A stretch of DNA of 63,171 bases from Acidimicrobiia bacterium (lineage in GTDB: Bacteria; Actinomycetota; Acidimicrobiia; Spongiisociales; UBA5794), in contig JAUVNV010000001.1 of assembly GCA_030599515.1 (NCBI GenBank), positions 1 to 63,171 on the forward strand, read 5' to 3'. The notes below the pieces were generated by a model, which was not told where the DNA came from, made no database searches, and saw only the letters and a program-made list of their open reading frames with translations. How positions within the stretch are numbered: the stretch's first letter is position 1; each line of letters begins with the position of its first letter. Below, in pieces: positions 47,476 to 58,142 of the stretch. A program made the translations under genes and the position numbers.

Positions 47476-49238
47476 GCGCGGAGCGGTCGAGCATCGACAT
47501 CAGGACGGGCATCGGACTCCTCGCCAAGACGGTGCGTTCGTATCCGAGGGACGGAACGATCGCGATGCTCGGTGCGTTCGTCTGGATGGCATCGGTGGTT
47601 GCCATCCCGTACGTCGTCAAGGTGATCATCGATGACGCGATCCTCGTGGATCGGCGGGATCTGCTGCTCCCCCTCGTTGCCGTGCTGGCGGCGGTGGGGT
47701 TCATCCAGGCGATCGGGATGGGATTGCGGCGCTACTTCGGGTTCCGGCTCTCGTATCGCGCCGAGGCCGATCTGAGAGGCCGGATGTTCTCTCACATCCA
47801 GCGTCTGGCGTTCTCGTTCCACGACATCACACCCACCGGGCAACTGATGTCGCGGGCCTCGTCGGATCTGTCTCAGATCCGCCTGATTCTCATGATGCTG
47901 CCGATCGTGATCGCCAATGTCGCGATGTTCGCCGTGGTGATCGTCGTGCTCATCGTGATCGATCCGGTGCTGGGGCTCGTCGCATCGCTGACCGTCCCGG
48001 CTCTGGTCCTCACCGCAAACAGGTTGGCGAGTCGCATCATCGGGCTCTCGTTCAGCGTTCAGCAGAAGCTCGCGGATCTGGCCGAGGTCGTTGAAGAGAC
48101 GGTCGCCGGCATCGAGGTGGTCAAGGCATACGGCCAGGAACGCCGTGAAGAACAGCGCCTGAAGAAGGCGGCATTCGCGATCTACGAAGACACGATCCAG
48201 ATCGCGCGATACCGATCGAGGTACGGTCCGCTCTTCGAACTGATCCCGTCCTTCGGCACCGTCGCGGTTCTGTGGGTCGGCGGGTTCCGGGTCATCGACG
48301 GGGCTCTGACACCGGGCGAGTTCGTGGCGTTCACCCAGTACCTCGCGGTCCTGGTCCTTCCGCTGATGATCACCGGTTGGTTCTTCGCCAATCTGCCGAG
48401 GGCTGCAGCCTCTGCATCCAGGATCGAAGGGCTTCTGGCAACCGACCCTGTCATCGAGGACCCGGCAACACCGATCGAACTGCCCGACGGGCCGGGGGAG
48501 ATCCGATTCTCCAACGTCTGTTTCGCGTACGCCGGAGGCGGACCCGTGCTCGACGGGATGGATCTGGTTGTCCCCGGCGGCGTCGCCGTGGCTCTCGTCG
48601 GAACGACCGGATCGGGCAAGACGACGGTCGCCAATCTCGTCCCCCGGTTCTACGACGTTGCCGAGGGTTCCGTCACGATCGATGGCGTCGACGTTCGCGA
48701 TCTCGACCTGAATGATTTGCGGTCCGAGGTTGCCATGGTGTTCCAGGAGACGTTCCTGTTCTCGGCGTCGATCGCGGAGAACATCCGCGTCGGCGATCCC
48801 GATGCGGACGACCGGAGAGTGCGATCGGCGGCCCGCCTCGCGCATGCCCACGACTTCGTCTGTTCGATGTCGGACGGGTACGACACGGTGATCGGCGAGC
48901 GCGGTCACACACTGTCCGGTGGGCAGCGCCAGCGAATCGCCCTCGCACGAAGCGTTCTGCGCGACCCGCGCATTCTCATCCTCGACGACGCTACGTCATC
49001 GGTCGATGCCATCGTGGAGGCGGAGATCCAGGACGCCCTCCGTCATGTCATGGCAGGGCGAACGACGCTGATCATCGCTCACCGGTCTTCGACGCTTGCC
49101 CTGGCAGACCTCGTGGTGTTCCTGGAGGATGGTGCGATCGTTGCAGTCGGAACGCACGAAGAACTTCTCTCAACGATCCCGAGATACGGGGAAGTCCTGG
49201 CGCGCGATGAGGAACAGGCCACCGGAGGAGCGCGATGA
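47472..49238 (+). CDS. ABC exporter, fused permease-ATPase (subunit 1)
   Basis: Six-TM domain, then Walker A GTTGSGKTT, signature LSGGQRQRIALAR and Walker B ILILDDATS. GTG start with a GTGA overlap on the yihY-like stop. Confidence 0.88.
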   Translation: MSAERSSIDIRTGIGLLAKTVRSYPRDGTIAMLGAFVWMASVVAIPYVVKVIIDDAILVDRRDLLLPLVAVLAAVGFIQAIGMGLRRYFGFRLSYRAEADLRGRMFSHIQRLAFSFHDITPTGQLMSRASSDLSQIRLILMMLPIVIANVAMFAVVIVVLIVIDPVLGLVASLTVPALVLTANRLASRIIGLSFSVQQKLADLAEVVEETVAGIEVVKAYGQERREEQRLKKAAFAIYEDTIQIARYRSRYGPLFELIPSFGTVAVLWVGGFRVIDGALTPGEFVAFTQYLAVLVLPLMITGWFFANLPRAAASASRIEGLLATDPVIEDPATPIELPDGPGEIRFSNVCFAYAGGGPVLDGMDLVVPGGVAVALVGTTGSGKTTVANLVPRFYDVAEGSVTIDGVDVRDLDLNDLRSEVAMVFQETFLFSASIAENIRVGDPDADDRRVRSAARLAHAHDFVCSMSDGYDTVIGERGHTLSGGQRQRIALARSVLRDPRILILDDATSSVDAIVEAEIQDALRHVMAGRTTLIIAHRSSTLALADLVVFLEDGAIVAVGTHEELLSTIPRYGEVLARDEEQATGGAR

Positions 49239-51010
49239 GATACATGTCGCACGCCGGTGATTACGAGATCGAGGATCGGCGCGGACTGCTCGTGCGAGCG
49301 GCGAAGCTTGGTCGAAGCCTGTGGCTTCCCGCCGTGGGTGCACTCGTCGCGGCGGTGTTCGGGACGGCGGCCAGACTTGCCGGTCCGTTGACGGTGCGGG
49401 CGGGCATCGACCGGGGTATCGCAGAAGGAGACAAGATCGCCGTGTCACGCGCGGCCATCGTGTTCCTCGTCCTGCTTCTCGTGCAGTACGTGTTCGTGAT
49501 GATCTCCCGATATGGCATCGCCTGGGTGGGGGAGCAGTACCTCCTGAAGCTACGCGGCGTGGTGTTCGGGCATCTGATCCGGTCCGACACTGCTTTCTTC
49601 TCCCGATCGAAGAGCGGCGTGCTGGTCAGTCGCATGACGTCGGACATCGAGTCACTCCAGGAGTTCGCGGGCGACGGTGCGGTGATGGCTCTGACGAACG
49701 CACTGACGGTCATCGGTGTTGCCGTGGCCATGGTGCTCGTCGACTGGCAGATGGCGGTCGCTACCTTCGTCGTCATCGGCGTGCTGATCGGCGTTTCGGT
49801 CGTGTTTCAGCGCCAGGCTTCGAAGGCGTACGGACAGGTGCGTGAGCGGATCGGGCGGGTTCTCGCCGGTTTGCAGGAAGGTATCGCAGGCGTCCGGGTG
49901 GTCCAGGCATTCACTCAGGAACAGGTCCAGGCGGCAACCTTCGGTCGGGTCAACGAGGATCACTACCGGGCGAATATGAAGGCCGCGGTGGCGATCTCGT
50001 GGTACTTCCCTTCCGTCGGGTTTCTCCGGGTGGTGGCGCTCGGTGCTGTTCTGGTGATCGGCGGCATGCGAACTCTCGACGGGACGATGACGTTCGGAAC
50101 GCTGGTCGTCTTCCTGCTCTACCTCGACTGGTTCTTCCAACCGATCGTGAACCTCGCGAACGTCTACAACCTGCTCCAGGCGGCCGTCGCTGCAATCGCG
50201 AAGCTTTTCGAGCTCCTCGACGTGAAGGCCGATGTGGTCGAGCGTCCGGGTGCCCACGATCTCGAGTCTCCGGTCGCCGGTGCGATCGAGCTTCGAGATG
50301 TCACCTTCGGATACGACGACGACACGGTGGTGATCCGGGACATCAACCTCGACATCCCCGCCGGGCAGCGCCTCGCGGTCGTCGGGGAGACGGGTGCCGG
50401 GAAGTCCACGATCGCGAAACTGATCCTGCGCTTCTACGACCCTCAAGAGGGAGAAGTCGAGATCGACGGATCGAACCTGCGTGATCTCACTATGGACTCT
50501 CGCACGGACGCCATCGCTCTCATCCCTCAGGACGGATTCCTGTTCAACGGGACGCTGAGAGACAATCTGAAATACGGCGCACCGCATGCCACCGACGAAG
50601 ACGCTTGGAACGTGCTGCGAGCGATGGGGATCGACGGCTGGGTTCGCGGTCTGCCGGAGGGACTCGACACCGAGGTTCGCGAGCGCGGGAGCCGGTTCTC
50701 TGCGGGGGAGAGACAACTGATCGCGCTCGGTAGGGTGTTCCTCGACGATCCTGCGGTCATCGTCCTCGATGAGGCGACGTCGAATCTCGATCCGGAGACG
50801 GAGATGGAGATTGAAGGAGCGTTCCGGGTGCTCCTCGCCGGCCGGACCGCCATCGTGATCGCCCACCGCCTCCGTTCGGCCGAGCGGGCTGATCGTGTGA
50901 TCATGATCGACGATGGTCGGATCATCGCCGACGGCCACCACACGGATCTCGTCGAGTCCAGTCCGGAGTTCGGCCGTCTTGTCGAAGTGTGGGAGAGAGG
51001 ATTGACATGA
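49235..51010 (+). CDS. ABC exporter, fused permease-ATPase (subunit 2)
   Basis: Walker A GETGAGKST, degenerate signature FSAGERQLIALGR, Walker B VIVLDEATS. ATGA overlap with subunit 1. Confidence 0.88.
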   Translation: MRYMSHAGDYEIEDRRGLLVRAAKLGRSLWLPAVGALVAAVFGTAARLAGPLTVRAGIDRGIAEGDKIAVSRAAIVFLVLLLVQYVFVMISRYGIAWVGEQYLLKLRGVVFGHLIRSDTAFFSRSKSGVLVSRMTSDIESLQEFAGDGAVMALTNALTVIGVAVAMVLVDWQMAVATFVVIGVLIGVSVVFQRQASKAYGQVRERIGRVLAGLQEGIAGVRVVQAFTQEQVQAATFGRVNEDHYRANMKAAVAISWYFPSVGFLRVVALGAVLVIGGMRTLDGTMTFGTLVVFLLYLDWFFQPIVNLANVYNLLQAAVAAIAKLFELLDVKADVVERPGAHDLESPVAGAIELRDVTFGYDDDTVVIRDINLDIPAGQRLAVVGETGAGKSTIAKLILRFYDPQEGEVEIDGSNLRDLTMDSRTDAIALIPQDGFLFNGTLRDNLKYGAPHATDEDAWNVLRAMGIDGWVRGLPEGLDTEVRERGSRFSAGERQLIALGRVFLDDPAVIVLDEATSNLDPETEMEIEGAFRVLLAGRTAIVIAHRLRSAERADRVIMIDDGRIIADGHHTDLVESSPEFGRLVEVWERGLT

Positions 51011-52131
51011 ACCGGGGCTACCTCGACGAGTTCGAAGAACAGGACGGGTACCTCAACTTCGCGTCGATCGGTCCTGCCGCCCGGTCGGCTCGAGAGGCCC
51101 CCGCCGGACTCCTCGGCGAGGTGGCGTTGGGAGATCGGTCCGGTGTGTCGATCATCGGACCGGCATACGAGAAGGCCCGAACGACGATCGCCGGTGCGCT
51201 CGGCGTCAAGGAAGGGTTCGCCACGTCGGTGCCTTCGACGAGCGCCGGGATCATGCAGATCGCCTTCGGCCTCATCGGAGCGGGCGGCAACGTCGTTGTG
51301 CCCGCTCATGAGTTCCCGGCGAATCGGTACCCGTGGCTTCGTGCAGAATCGGTTGGCGGACCCGAGGTGCGAGCGGTCGAGATAGCGGACCGTCGCGTTG
51401 ATCCCGACGCCCTGGCCGTCGCCATCGACGCAGATACGCGCCTCGTCGCGGTGAGCCTCGTCGATTACATGACCGGATTCAAGATCGACGTCGATGCGAT
51501 CGCCGACGCGGCGGGTGATGCACTCGTGCTCGTCGACGGGATCCAGGGTCTCGGTGCGGTTGAGGCGAGACTCGGCGGCGCGGACGTGTTCGTCTCAGGC
51601 GGGCAGAAGTGGCTCCGAGCCGGTTTCTCTGCCGGGGTCATGGCCGTATCTCCTCGCGTCTTCGACCGACTGGCGCCCACACTGACCGGGTGGTGGAGCG
51701 TCGAAGACGGATATGCGTTCGAGGTTCCCCCACCGCACCCGCCGCTGGCTACCGCCGACCGGTTCCTGGAGGGATCGCCGAACTTGCTCGGGGCCGTCGC
51801 TGCAGCCGCCGCCCTGGCCGTCGTCGACACGGGCGGCATCAGGGAGATCGAAGTCGCCGTGCTCGAACGATCGGGTGCAGTGCTCGACCTGGTTCGGTCG
51901 CTCGATGCCGAGGTGATCGCCCCGTGGCGATCGGACGGCGAGCGAGCCGGGATCGTCACGTTCAAGATCCCGGGCCTCCCGGCCGTCGAAGCGGTCGATG
52001 CTCTCGCCGCGGCGGGGTTCGTGGTGTCGGAGCGGAGCGGATGGATCCGCGTATCACCGCACGCAACGACGCCGCTTCACGTCATCGAGGGGTTCGGAGC
52101 GGCGCTGCGGGATCAGGTGCGGAACGCCTGA
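51007..52131 (+). CDS. Class V aminotransferase-like PLP enzyme (cysteine desulfurase/epimerase-like)
   Basis: Fold-type I pattern with a candidate PLP lysine in SGGQKWL. ATGA overlap with ABC subunit 2. Confidence 0.65.
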   Translation: MNRGYLDEFEEQDGYLNFASIGPAARSAREAPAGLLGEVALGDRSGVSIIGPAYEKARTTIAGALGVKEGFATSVPSTSAGIMQIAFGLIGAGGNVVVPAHEFPANRYPWLRAESVGGPEVRAVEIADRRVDPDALAVAIDADTRLVAVSLVDYMTGFKIDVDAIADAAGDALVLVDGIQGLGAVEARLGGADVFVSGGQKWLRAGFSAGVMAVSPRVFDRLAPTLTGWWSVEDGYAFEVPPPHPPLATADRFLEGSPNLLGAVAAAAALAVVDTGGIREIEVAVLERSGAVLDLVRSLDAEVIAPWRSDGERAGIVTFKIPGLPAVEAVDALAAAGFVVSERSGWIRVSPHATTPLHVIEGFGAALRDQVRNA

Positions 52132-52709
52132 CCGGCGGCAACGAAACCGCCCCCGGATCGCCAGACCTCGTCCACGTCCCAATGGGTCGCCTCGAGGATC
52201 TCAACGGTCGGCTGGTTGAGTCTGCATCCACCCGACACCTTTCCCCAGACCGGACTGAGGCGATCCTGCCAGAGCGCCGTTCTGGTGTTCGGTGAGCGGA
52301 TGTGCTCGAGGAACCGGAGCATCCCGCCGGGCCGAACCACCCGGTGCGCTTCGTCGAGAGCACGCGCCGGCTCGGGAATCGTGCACAGGGCGAACGTGAT
52401 GATCGCCGCATCGAAGACTCCGTCGGCGAACGGGAGGTTGTGAGCATCTCCCCGGTACAGGAACAGGGGAACGGAAGAATCGCCCGCCTTCTCCACGAGA
52501 CGCTCCACCATGTGCTGGTCGGGTTCCAGGGCGTGGATCTCGTCGGCCGTCGACGGATAGAGGGGGATGTTCAGGCCCGTGCCCGCACCGATCTCGACGA
52601 TTCTCCCTCCGAGCCCATCCATCAGTCGTCGGCGCTGATCGCGCACGCCCATGCGCTCGGTCGGGGCGAGCACCGCGTCATAGATCCTGGCAAGGAGGGG
52701 GTGATTCAT
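52113..52709 (-). CDS. Class I SAM-dependent methyltransferase
   Basis: Motif I VEIGAGTGLN. 198 aa. Its 3' end overlaps the convergent aminotransferase gene by 19 nt. Confidence 0.8.
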   Translation of the reverse strand: MNHPLLARIYDAVLAPTERMGVRDQRRRLMDGLGGRIVEIGAGTGLNIPLYPSTADEIHALEPDQHMVERLVEKAGDSSVPLFLYRGDAHNLPFADGVFDAAIITFALCTIPEPARALDEAHRVVRPGGMLRFLEHIRSPNTRTALWQDRLSPVWGKVSGGCRLNQPTVEILEATHWDVDEVWRSGGGFVAAGQAFRT

Positions 52710-52767
52710 GCTGGGTCGTACCGGGTCGTCGGCGGCCGCTCTCTCTCGATCTCTGTATGATTACACC

Positions 52768-53442
52768 ATGGCTGATGCACCGACGGAACGCACGCGGGTC
52801 AGGCGCGCCAAGGACAAAGCACGGCATGACCGGGAGATCGTGAACGAGATCTTCGACGAGGCGTTGATCTGCCACGTCGGGTTCGTCGACGACGGTTCAC
52901 CGTTCGTGATCCCGACGATCCACGCCAGGGTCGGTGATGTCCTGTATTTCCACGGCTCTCCCGCGAGTCGCATGCTGCGTCTGATGAAGAACGGCGCCGA
53001 AATCACGATCACCGCAACGCTTCTCGACGGCATCGTCGCTGCACGCTCGGTCTTCCACCACTCGATGCACTACCGGTCCGCAATGATCTTCGGCACGGCG
53101 CGGATCGTCGACGCACGGGAAGAACGCATGATCGCGCTCGAGGCAATCTCGAACGCTGCGCTTCCGGGTCGCTGGGACGAAGCGAGGCTTCCGTCACGCA
53201 ACGAGGACAAGGGCACGCTCGTTGTCGCCGTTGCGATCGAGGAGTACTCGGCCAAGGTGAGCAACAAGGACGTCGGGGACGAAGATGACGACTACGACCT
53301 CCCCATCTGGGCCGGCGTCATCCCCCTGTCGATAGTGGCAGGCTCTCCTGTGCCCGATCACCGTCTGTTGGACGGCGTCGAGCTACCGGATTCGGTGAAG
53401 CAATTCGTGGCCGCCTTCGGCGGCGTAGTCGGTAGTCCGTAG
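52768..53442 (+). CDS. Pyridoxamine 5'-phosphate oxidase-like FMN-binding protein
   Basis: Split-barrel family pattern (CHVGFVDDGSPFVIPT ... YFHGS). The tail VVGSP and the TAG stop are encoded by tract N. Confidence 0.7.
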   Translation: MADAPTERTRVRRAKDKARHDREIVNEIFDEALICHVGFVDDGSPFVIPTIHARVGDVLYFHGSPASRMLRLMKNGAEITITATLLDGIVAARSVFHHSMHYRSAMIFGTARIVDAREERMIALEAISNAALPGRWDEARLPSRNEDKGTLVVAVAIEEYSAKVSNKDVGDEDDDYDLPIWAGVIPLSIVAGSPVPDHRLLDGVELPDSVKQFVAAFGGVVGSP

Positions 53443-53543
53443 TCCGGAGCGGGGTCCGTATCCTGTAGTCCGAGGTCCCTCTTCTTGCTGGCGGCTTGTA
53501 GCTTGCAGCTTGTAGCCCTTGTCTTTCTACTTTCTACTTGCTG
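53425..53543. repeat. Heptad tract N: 17 units (GTAGTCG GTAGTCC GTAGTCC ... CTTGTAG CTTGCAG CTTGTAG CCCTTGT CTTTCTA CTTTCTA CTTGCTG)
   Basis: 119 bp equals 17 x 7 with no register break. Its reverse complement matches tract O module by module. Confidence 0.9.
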
Positions 53544-54324
53544 AATTCACCGAATCGCGCCACTTCAACCACGGGCCTACCGGCTCCAGATCCAGGTCTG
53601 GTCCCGTCACGCCGATCGTGAACTCCGCGACGCCGAGCGTTCGGAAGGCATCTGCCTCATCGAGTTGCGCGGGTTTCACACCGATGGATCGTTCGATGGT
53701 CGAGGCGTCGCGACCAACTCTGGCACCCCACTCGTCGAGTACCTTCGACTTGTGGGCGATCGTTTCGAGATCACCGAAGGTGTGCCACACGTCGGCGTAC
53801 TCCGCAACGATGCGCAGTGTCACCTTCTCACCGCCGCCGCCGATCAGGATCGGGATGTGGCGGGTCGGTGGAGGATCGAGCCGTTCGAGCCGGTCCACGA
53901 TCCGGGGCATGGCAGCGTCGAGATCGCGAAGGCGACTGCCCTTCGTTCCGAAGTCGTAGCCGTACTCGTCGTAGTCCTTCTCGAACCAACCGGACCCGAT
54001 TCCGAGGATCAGTCGACCGCCGGAGATGTGATCGACGGTTCTTGCCATGTCGGCGAGGAGCTCCGGATTGCGATACGAGTTGCAGGTGACGAGTGCGCCG
54101 AAGTGGATTCGTTCCGTCTGCTCGGCCCAGGCCCCGAGCATCGTCCAGCACTCGAAGTGCTTCCCCACGTTGGGATCCGGGTCTCCGCCGTAGAGGGGGT
54201 AGAAGTGATCCCAGTTGTAGACGACGTCGACACCCATCTCCTCGGCTTCCATGACGGCGTCGCGGATGCCGGCGTAGTCGCTGTGCTGGGGATGGATCTG
54301 GACGGCGATTCGGACCGGTTCCAT
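53527..54324 (-). CDS. Luciferase-like monooxygenase (LLM) class F420-dependent oxidoreductase
   Basis: Start at ATG 54324 (MEPVRIAVQIHPQH). LLM TIM-barrel pattern (ILGIGSGW). The tail SASRK and the TAG stop are encoded by the TAGAAAG units of tract N. Confidence 0.8.
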   Translation of the reverse strand: MEPVRIAVQIHPQHSDYAGIRDAVMEAEEMGVDVVYNWDHFYPLYGGDPDPNVGKHFECWTMLGAWAEQTERIHFGALVTCNSYRNPELLADMARTVDHISGGRLILGIGSGWFEKDYDEYGYDFGTKGSRLRDLDAAMPRIVDRLERLDPPPTRHIPILIGGGGEKVTLRIVAEYADVWHTFGDLETIAHKSKVLDEWGARVGRDASTIERSIGVKPAQLDEADAFRTLGVAEFTIGVTGPDLDLEPVGPWLKWRDSVNSASRK

Positions 54325-54403
54325 GGCGCTACCTCCTGGGGCCGTTGCAGGCGAATCGTATCTCCCTCGCGTTCGTTGCACGACGGCCGGTATTCTCGCG
54401 GCC

Positions 54404-55627
54404 ATGGAGATCACGACACGCCCGATCATCGAGGACGAGTCGGTCGCGTTCCGCGAGGCCATCATGATTGGCTTCGGTGAGGACCTCGACGACGAGGAGT
54501 TCCCACCCGAGTGGTTCGCCGACCTCGTCCCTCTGGACCGAACCGTCGCGGCGTTCGAAGGGAACCAGATCGTCGGGACGCTCGCCGGATTCCCCTTCGA
54601 CGTCACCGTTCCCGGGGGTGTGCAGATCCCGATGGCCGGTACGACGATCGTGACGGTCGCGGCCACGCACCGTCGGCGCGGGTTGCTCACCGCGATGATG
54701 CGGGATCATCTCGACGATGGTCGCTCAAGGGGAGAACCGCTCGTCGGACTCTGGGCCTCTGAGAGCCTCATCTACGGGCGCTTCGGGTTCGGCGTCGCCA
54801 CCGAGCGCGAGGAGATCGAGATGGACCAAACCCGCATCTCGGTGGAAGGTGACGCCGGCTTGGTTCGACTCACCACTCCGGAAGAGGCGGGCAAGGTCTT
54901 TCCGGCGCTCTACGACGAGGAGCGCGTGAAGCGCCCGGGGATGCTCAGTCGCGCCGAGAAACGGTGGAAGCGAGAGGTCTTCTTCGATCCGAGTGCCCGA
55001 CGGCGGGGACTCTCGGCACAGCGGTATCTCGTACACGAAACCGAAGGTCGCGCCGACGGGTATGCGATCTATCGGCAGAAGCCGAACTGGGAAGCGGGCT
55101 TCGCGAACGGTGAGGTTCGCATCCGTGAGATCATCGCCACGACGTCTGCCGCGCATACCGGGCTCTGGAGATTCCTCACGACGATCGACCTGTTCCCCCA
55201 GGTCAAGCGGTGGAACCTTCCGGTCGATGATCCGCTGCGTCTAAAGGTCCCGGATCACCGTCGGATCATCCGCAAGCGTTGGGACGCTCTCCACCTCCGG
55301 ATCCTCGACGTCGTTCAGGCGCTGGAGGCCCGGACTTACGCAGCCGACGGCACACTGCGGTTCGCCGTTGACGACCCGTTCATTCCGGAAGCCGGGGGAG
55401 AGTTCGAACTGACCGTGGCCGACGGCGTCGGCCTATGCCATCGCATCGATCGGTCGGGCATCGACCTCACCATGGACACCGTCGATCTCGCGAGCCTCTA
55501 TCTCGGCGGTGGCGACGCCGAAGCGATGGCCATGGCCGGCCGGATGACAGGCAGCGAAGAGTCCGTCAGGAACCTCAACCGAATGTTCCGCGGGGATGTC
55601 GCGCCGTGGTGCGAAGAGGTATTCTGA
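54404..55627 (+). CDS. Eis-like GNAT acetyltransferase with a sterol-carrier-like C-terminal domain
   Basis: About 407 aa. GNAT core (VAATHRRRGLLTAMM), a second GNAT-like domain and an SCP2-like tail. Start at ATG 54404. Confidence 0.75.
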   Translation: MEITTRPIIEDESVAFREAIMIGFGEDLDDEEFPPEWFADLVPLDRTVAAFEGNQIVGTLAGFPFDVTVPGGVQIPMAGTTIVTVAATHRRRGLLTAMMRDHLDDGRSRGEPLVGLWASESLIYGRFGFGVATEREEIEMDQTRISVEGDAGLVRLTTPEEAGKVFPALYDEERVKRPGMLSRAEKRWKREVFFDPSARRRGLSAQRYLVHETEGRADGYAIYRQKPNWEAGFANGEVRIREIIATTSAAHTGLWRFLTTIDLFPQVKRWNLPVDDPLRLKVPDHRRIIRKRWDALHLRILDVVQALEARTYAADGTLRFAVDDPFIPEAGGEFELTVADGVGLCHRIDRSGIDLTMDTVDLASLYLGGGDAEAMAMAGRMTGSEESVRNLNRMFRGDVAPWCEEVF

Positions 55628-55825
55628 GAGCGGCCGTCGAGGGGAACGAAACGCGGCCGGGATGCGTTGTAGAAGGGAGCGACGGTTCGCCGGGGCGGTT
55701 CGGTCTTCCCCACTCCCACTCGTTCCTGCCCCGGCCCGCCGCTCCCTGAATTCCCGTCCTTTTCGTCCCACCCGTGGCGTACAATGGCACTACGTCGATA
55801 GTGGAAATCCTGGGAGTACAGCATT

Positions 55826-57229
55826 ATGACCACCGTTGATCTTGATCTCGGCTCCTACCAACTCGGTTGGGCCGACGAAGAGGACTACGTCTACAAGCCC
55901 GAGAAGGGCTTGAGCGAGCAGCTCATCCGCGACATGTCGCGCATGAAGAAGGAGCCTGAGTGGATGCTCGAGTTCCGGCTCAAGGCTTACAAGCGGTTCC
56001 TCGCCAAGCCGATGCCCCAGTGGGTCGGTGATGGGGCTCTCAACGAGATCGACTTCGACGACATCTACTACTACATCAAGCCGACCGAGGGTCAGGTCAA
56101 GGACTGGGACATGGTCCCGGACTCGATCAAGGAGACCTACGAGAAGCTTGGCATTCCAGAAGCCGAACGCAAGTACCTCGCTGGTGTTACTGCACAATAT
56201 GAGTCGGAGGTCGTTTACCACCGGAACCGGGAGGATCTCGAGGAGCTCGGCGTGCTGTTCACCGACATGGACACCGCCGTTCGCGACTACCCGGAGATCG
56301 TGAAGGAGTACTTCGGGACGATCATCCCTCCGGGCGACAACAAGTTCGCGGCCCTCAACTCCGCGGTCTGGTCGGGCGGCTCGTTCATCTACATCCCGCC
56401 CGGCGTCCACCTCGACGAGCCGCTCCAGGCCTACTTCCGCATCAACGCTGAGAACATGGGCCAGTTCGAGCGGACGCTGATCATCGTCGACGAGGGTGCC
56501 TTCGTGCACTACGTCGAAGGCTGCTCGGCCCCGGTCTACTCATCTGATTCGCTCCACTCGGCCGTGGTCGAGATCGTCGTCAAGGAAGGCGGTCGTGCCC
56601 GCTACTCGACGATCCAGAACTGGTCGAACAACGTCTACAACCTCGTGACGAAACGCGCCGTTGCATACAAGAACGCGACGATGGAATGGGTCGACGGGAA
56701 CCTCGGTTCGAAGTTCACCGCCAAGTACCCGGCGGTGTGGCTGATGGAAGAGGGTGCTCACGGAGAGGTCCTTTCGATCGCCATGGCCGGTGCCGGCCAG
56801 CACCTGGACGCCGGTGCGAAGATCGTCCATGTTGCGCCGAACACGACGTCGCTCATCACGTCCAAGTCGATCTCGATCCACGGTGGGCGTGCCGGATACC
56901 GGGGTCTCGTTCGCGTCGAACCGGGGGCGGAGGACTCGCGTTCCTTCGTCCGGTGTGATGCCCTGATTCTCGACGAGGACTCCCGGTCTGACACCTATCC
57001 ATACATGGAGATCGAGGAGTCGAACGTTGACATCGGTCACGAAGCGACCGTTTCGAAGGTGGGGGAGGATCAGCTCTTCTACTTGATGACCCGAGGTCTC
57101 ACCGAGGAACAGGCGACGGCGATGGTCGTGGCCGGCTTCATCGAGCCGATCGTCAAGGAGCTGCCGATGGAGTACGCGGTCGAACTGAACCGACTCGTCG
57201 AGCTCCAGATGGAAGGCTCGGTCGGCTAA
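55826..57229 (+). CDS. sufB: Fe-S cluster assembly scaffold protein SufB
   Basis: 467 aa, highly conserved throughout ([39 protein letters not shown]). Confidence 0.96.
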   Translation: MTTVDLDLGSYQLGWADEEDYVYKPEKGLSEQLIRDMSRMKKEPEWMLEFRLKAYKRFLAKPMPQWVGDGALNEIDFDDIYYYIKPTEGQVKDWDMVPDSIKETYEKLGIPEAERKYLAGVTAQYESEVVYHRNREDLEELGVLFTDMDTAVRDYPEIVKEYFGTIIPPGDNKFAALNSAVWSGGSFIYIPPGVHLDEPLQAYFRINAENMGQFERTLIIVDEGAFVHYVEGCSAPVYSSDSLHSAVVEIVVKEGGRARYSTIQNWSNNVYNLVTKRAVAYKNATMEWVDGNLGSKFTAKYPAVWLMEEGAHGEVLSIAMAGAGQHLDAGAKIVHVAPNTTSLITSKSISIHGGRAGYRGLVRVEPGAEDSRSFVRCDALILDEDSRSDTYPYMEIEESNVDIGHEATVSKVGEDQLFYLMTRGLTEEQATAMVVAGFIEPIVKELPMEYAVELNRLVELQMEGSVG

Positions 57230-57259
57230 GGCGCGGTTCCGCCGGTACGCTCTCGTCCC

Positions 57260-57919
57260 ATGCGCATCGTCGTCGCCGACTGCACCGTCAACTACGCGGG
57301 TCGTCTTGCCGCGCACCTGCCACGGGCGACCCGGCTGATCATCATCAAGACCGACGGATCTCTCCTTGTCCACGCCGAAGCGGGCGCCTACAAGCCGTTG
57401 AATTGGATGAACGCTCCGAACCACCTCGTCGAAGAAGATGGGCGCTGGTTCCTCACCAACGGCAAGGGGGAGGAACTCACGATCGATCTTCACGAGATCC
57501 ACATGGACACGACCGTCGAACTCGGTGAAGATCCCGGATTACAGAAGGATGGCGTCGAGTTCGAACTCCAACGACTGCTTGCCGAGCAACCGGAGGCGAT
57601 CGAGGAGGGGATGACGCTGATCCGCCGGGAGTATCCGACACCGGTGGGTCCGGTCGATCTCCTCTGCCGCGACGCTTCGGGGAACACGGTCGCGATCGAG
57701 GTCAAGCGCCGGGGTGAGATCGATGGCGTGGAACAGCTCACCAGGTATCTCGAGTTCCTCAACCGGGACGAACGCCTCGCTCCCGTACGGGGGATCTTCG
57801 TGGCCCAGGCCGTGAAACCCCAAGCAAGAACGCTCGCAGCCGACCGGGACATAGCCTGGGCAGAAGTGGACTATGAAGCGCTCGTCGGACGAGACAGCGA
57901 CATCCTCAGGCTGTTCTGA
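57260..57919 (+). CDS. nucS: Endonuclease NucS (EndoMS, mismatch-specific)
   Basis: 219 aa. N-terminus [16 protein letters not shown] and a RecB-like C-terminal nuclease (DLLCRD ... VAIEVKRR). Confidence 0.92.
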   Translation: MRIVVADCTVNYAGRLAAHLPRATRLIIIKTDGSLLVHAEAGAYKPLNWMNAPNHLVEEDGRWFLTNGKGEELTIDLHEIHMDTTVELGEDPGLQKDGVEFELQRLLAEQPEAIEEGMTLIRREYPTPVGPVDLLCRDASGNTVAIEVKRRGEIDGVEQLTRYLEFLNRDERLAPVRGIFVAQAVKPQARTLAADRDIAWAEVDYEALVGRDSDILRLF

Positions 57920-57936
57920 CGGCTGCTCCGCAGCCG
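57920..57936 (+). terminator. Hairpin CGGCTGC-TCC-GCAGCCG directly after the nucS stop
   Basis: 7-bp GC stem that starts 1 nt after the TGA. Confidence 0.5.
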
Positions 57937-58124
<188 letters not shown>

Positions 58125-58125
58125 C

Positions 58126-58142
58126 ACCGGCCGAAGGCCGGT
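58126..58142 (-). terminator. Hairpin ACCGGCC-GAA-GGCCGGT at the sigma-factor stop
   Basis: 7-bp GC stem overlapping the minus-strand TGA (58142-58144). Confidence 0.5.

Noticed and set aside
55628-55825. A SufR-type operator or structured leader upstream of sufB
   Set aside because: Only a TACAAT-like hexamer near 55779 and weak CCCACT repeats are visible. I could find no convincing palindrome and no sufR gene in the window.
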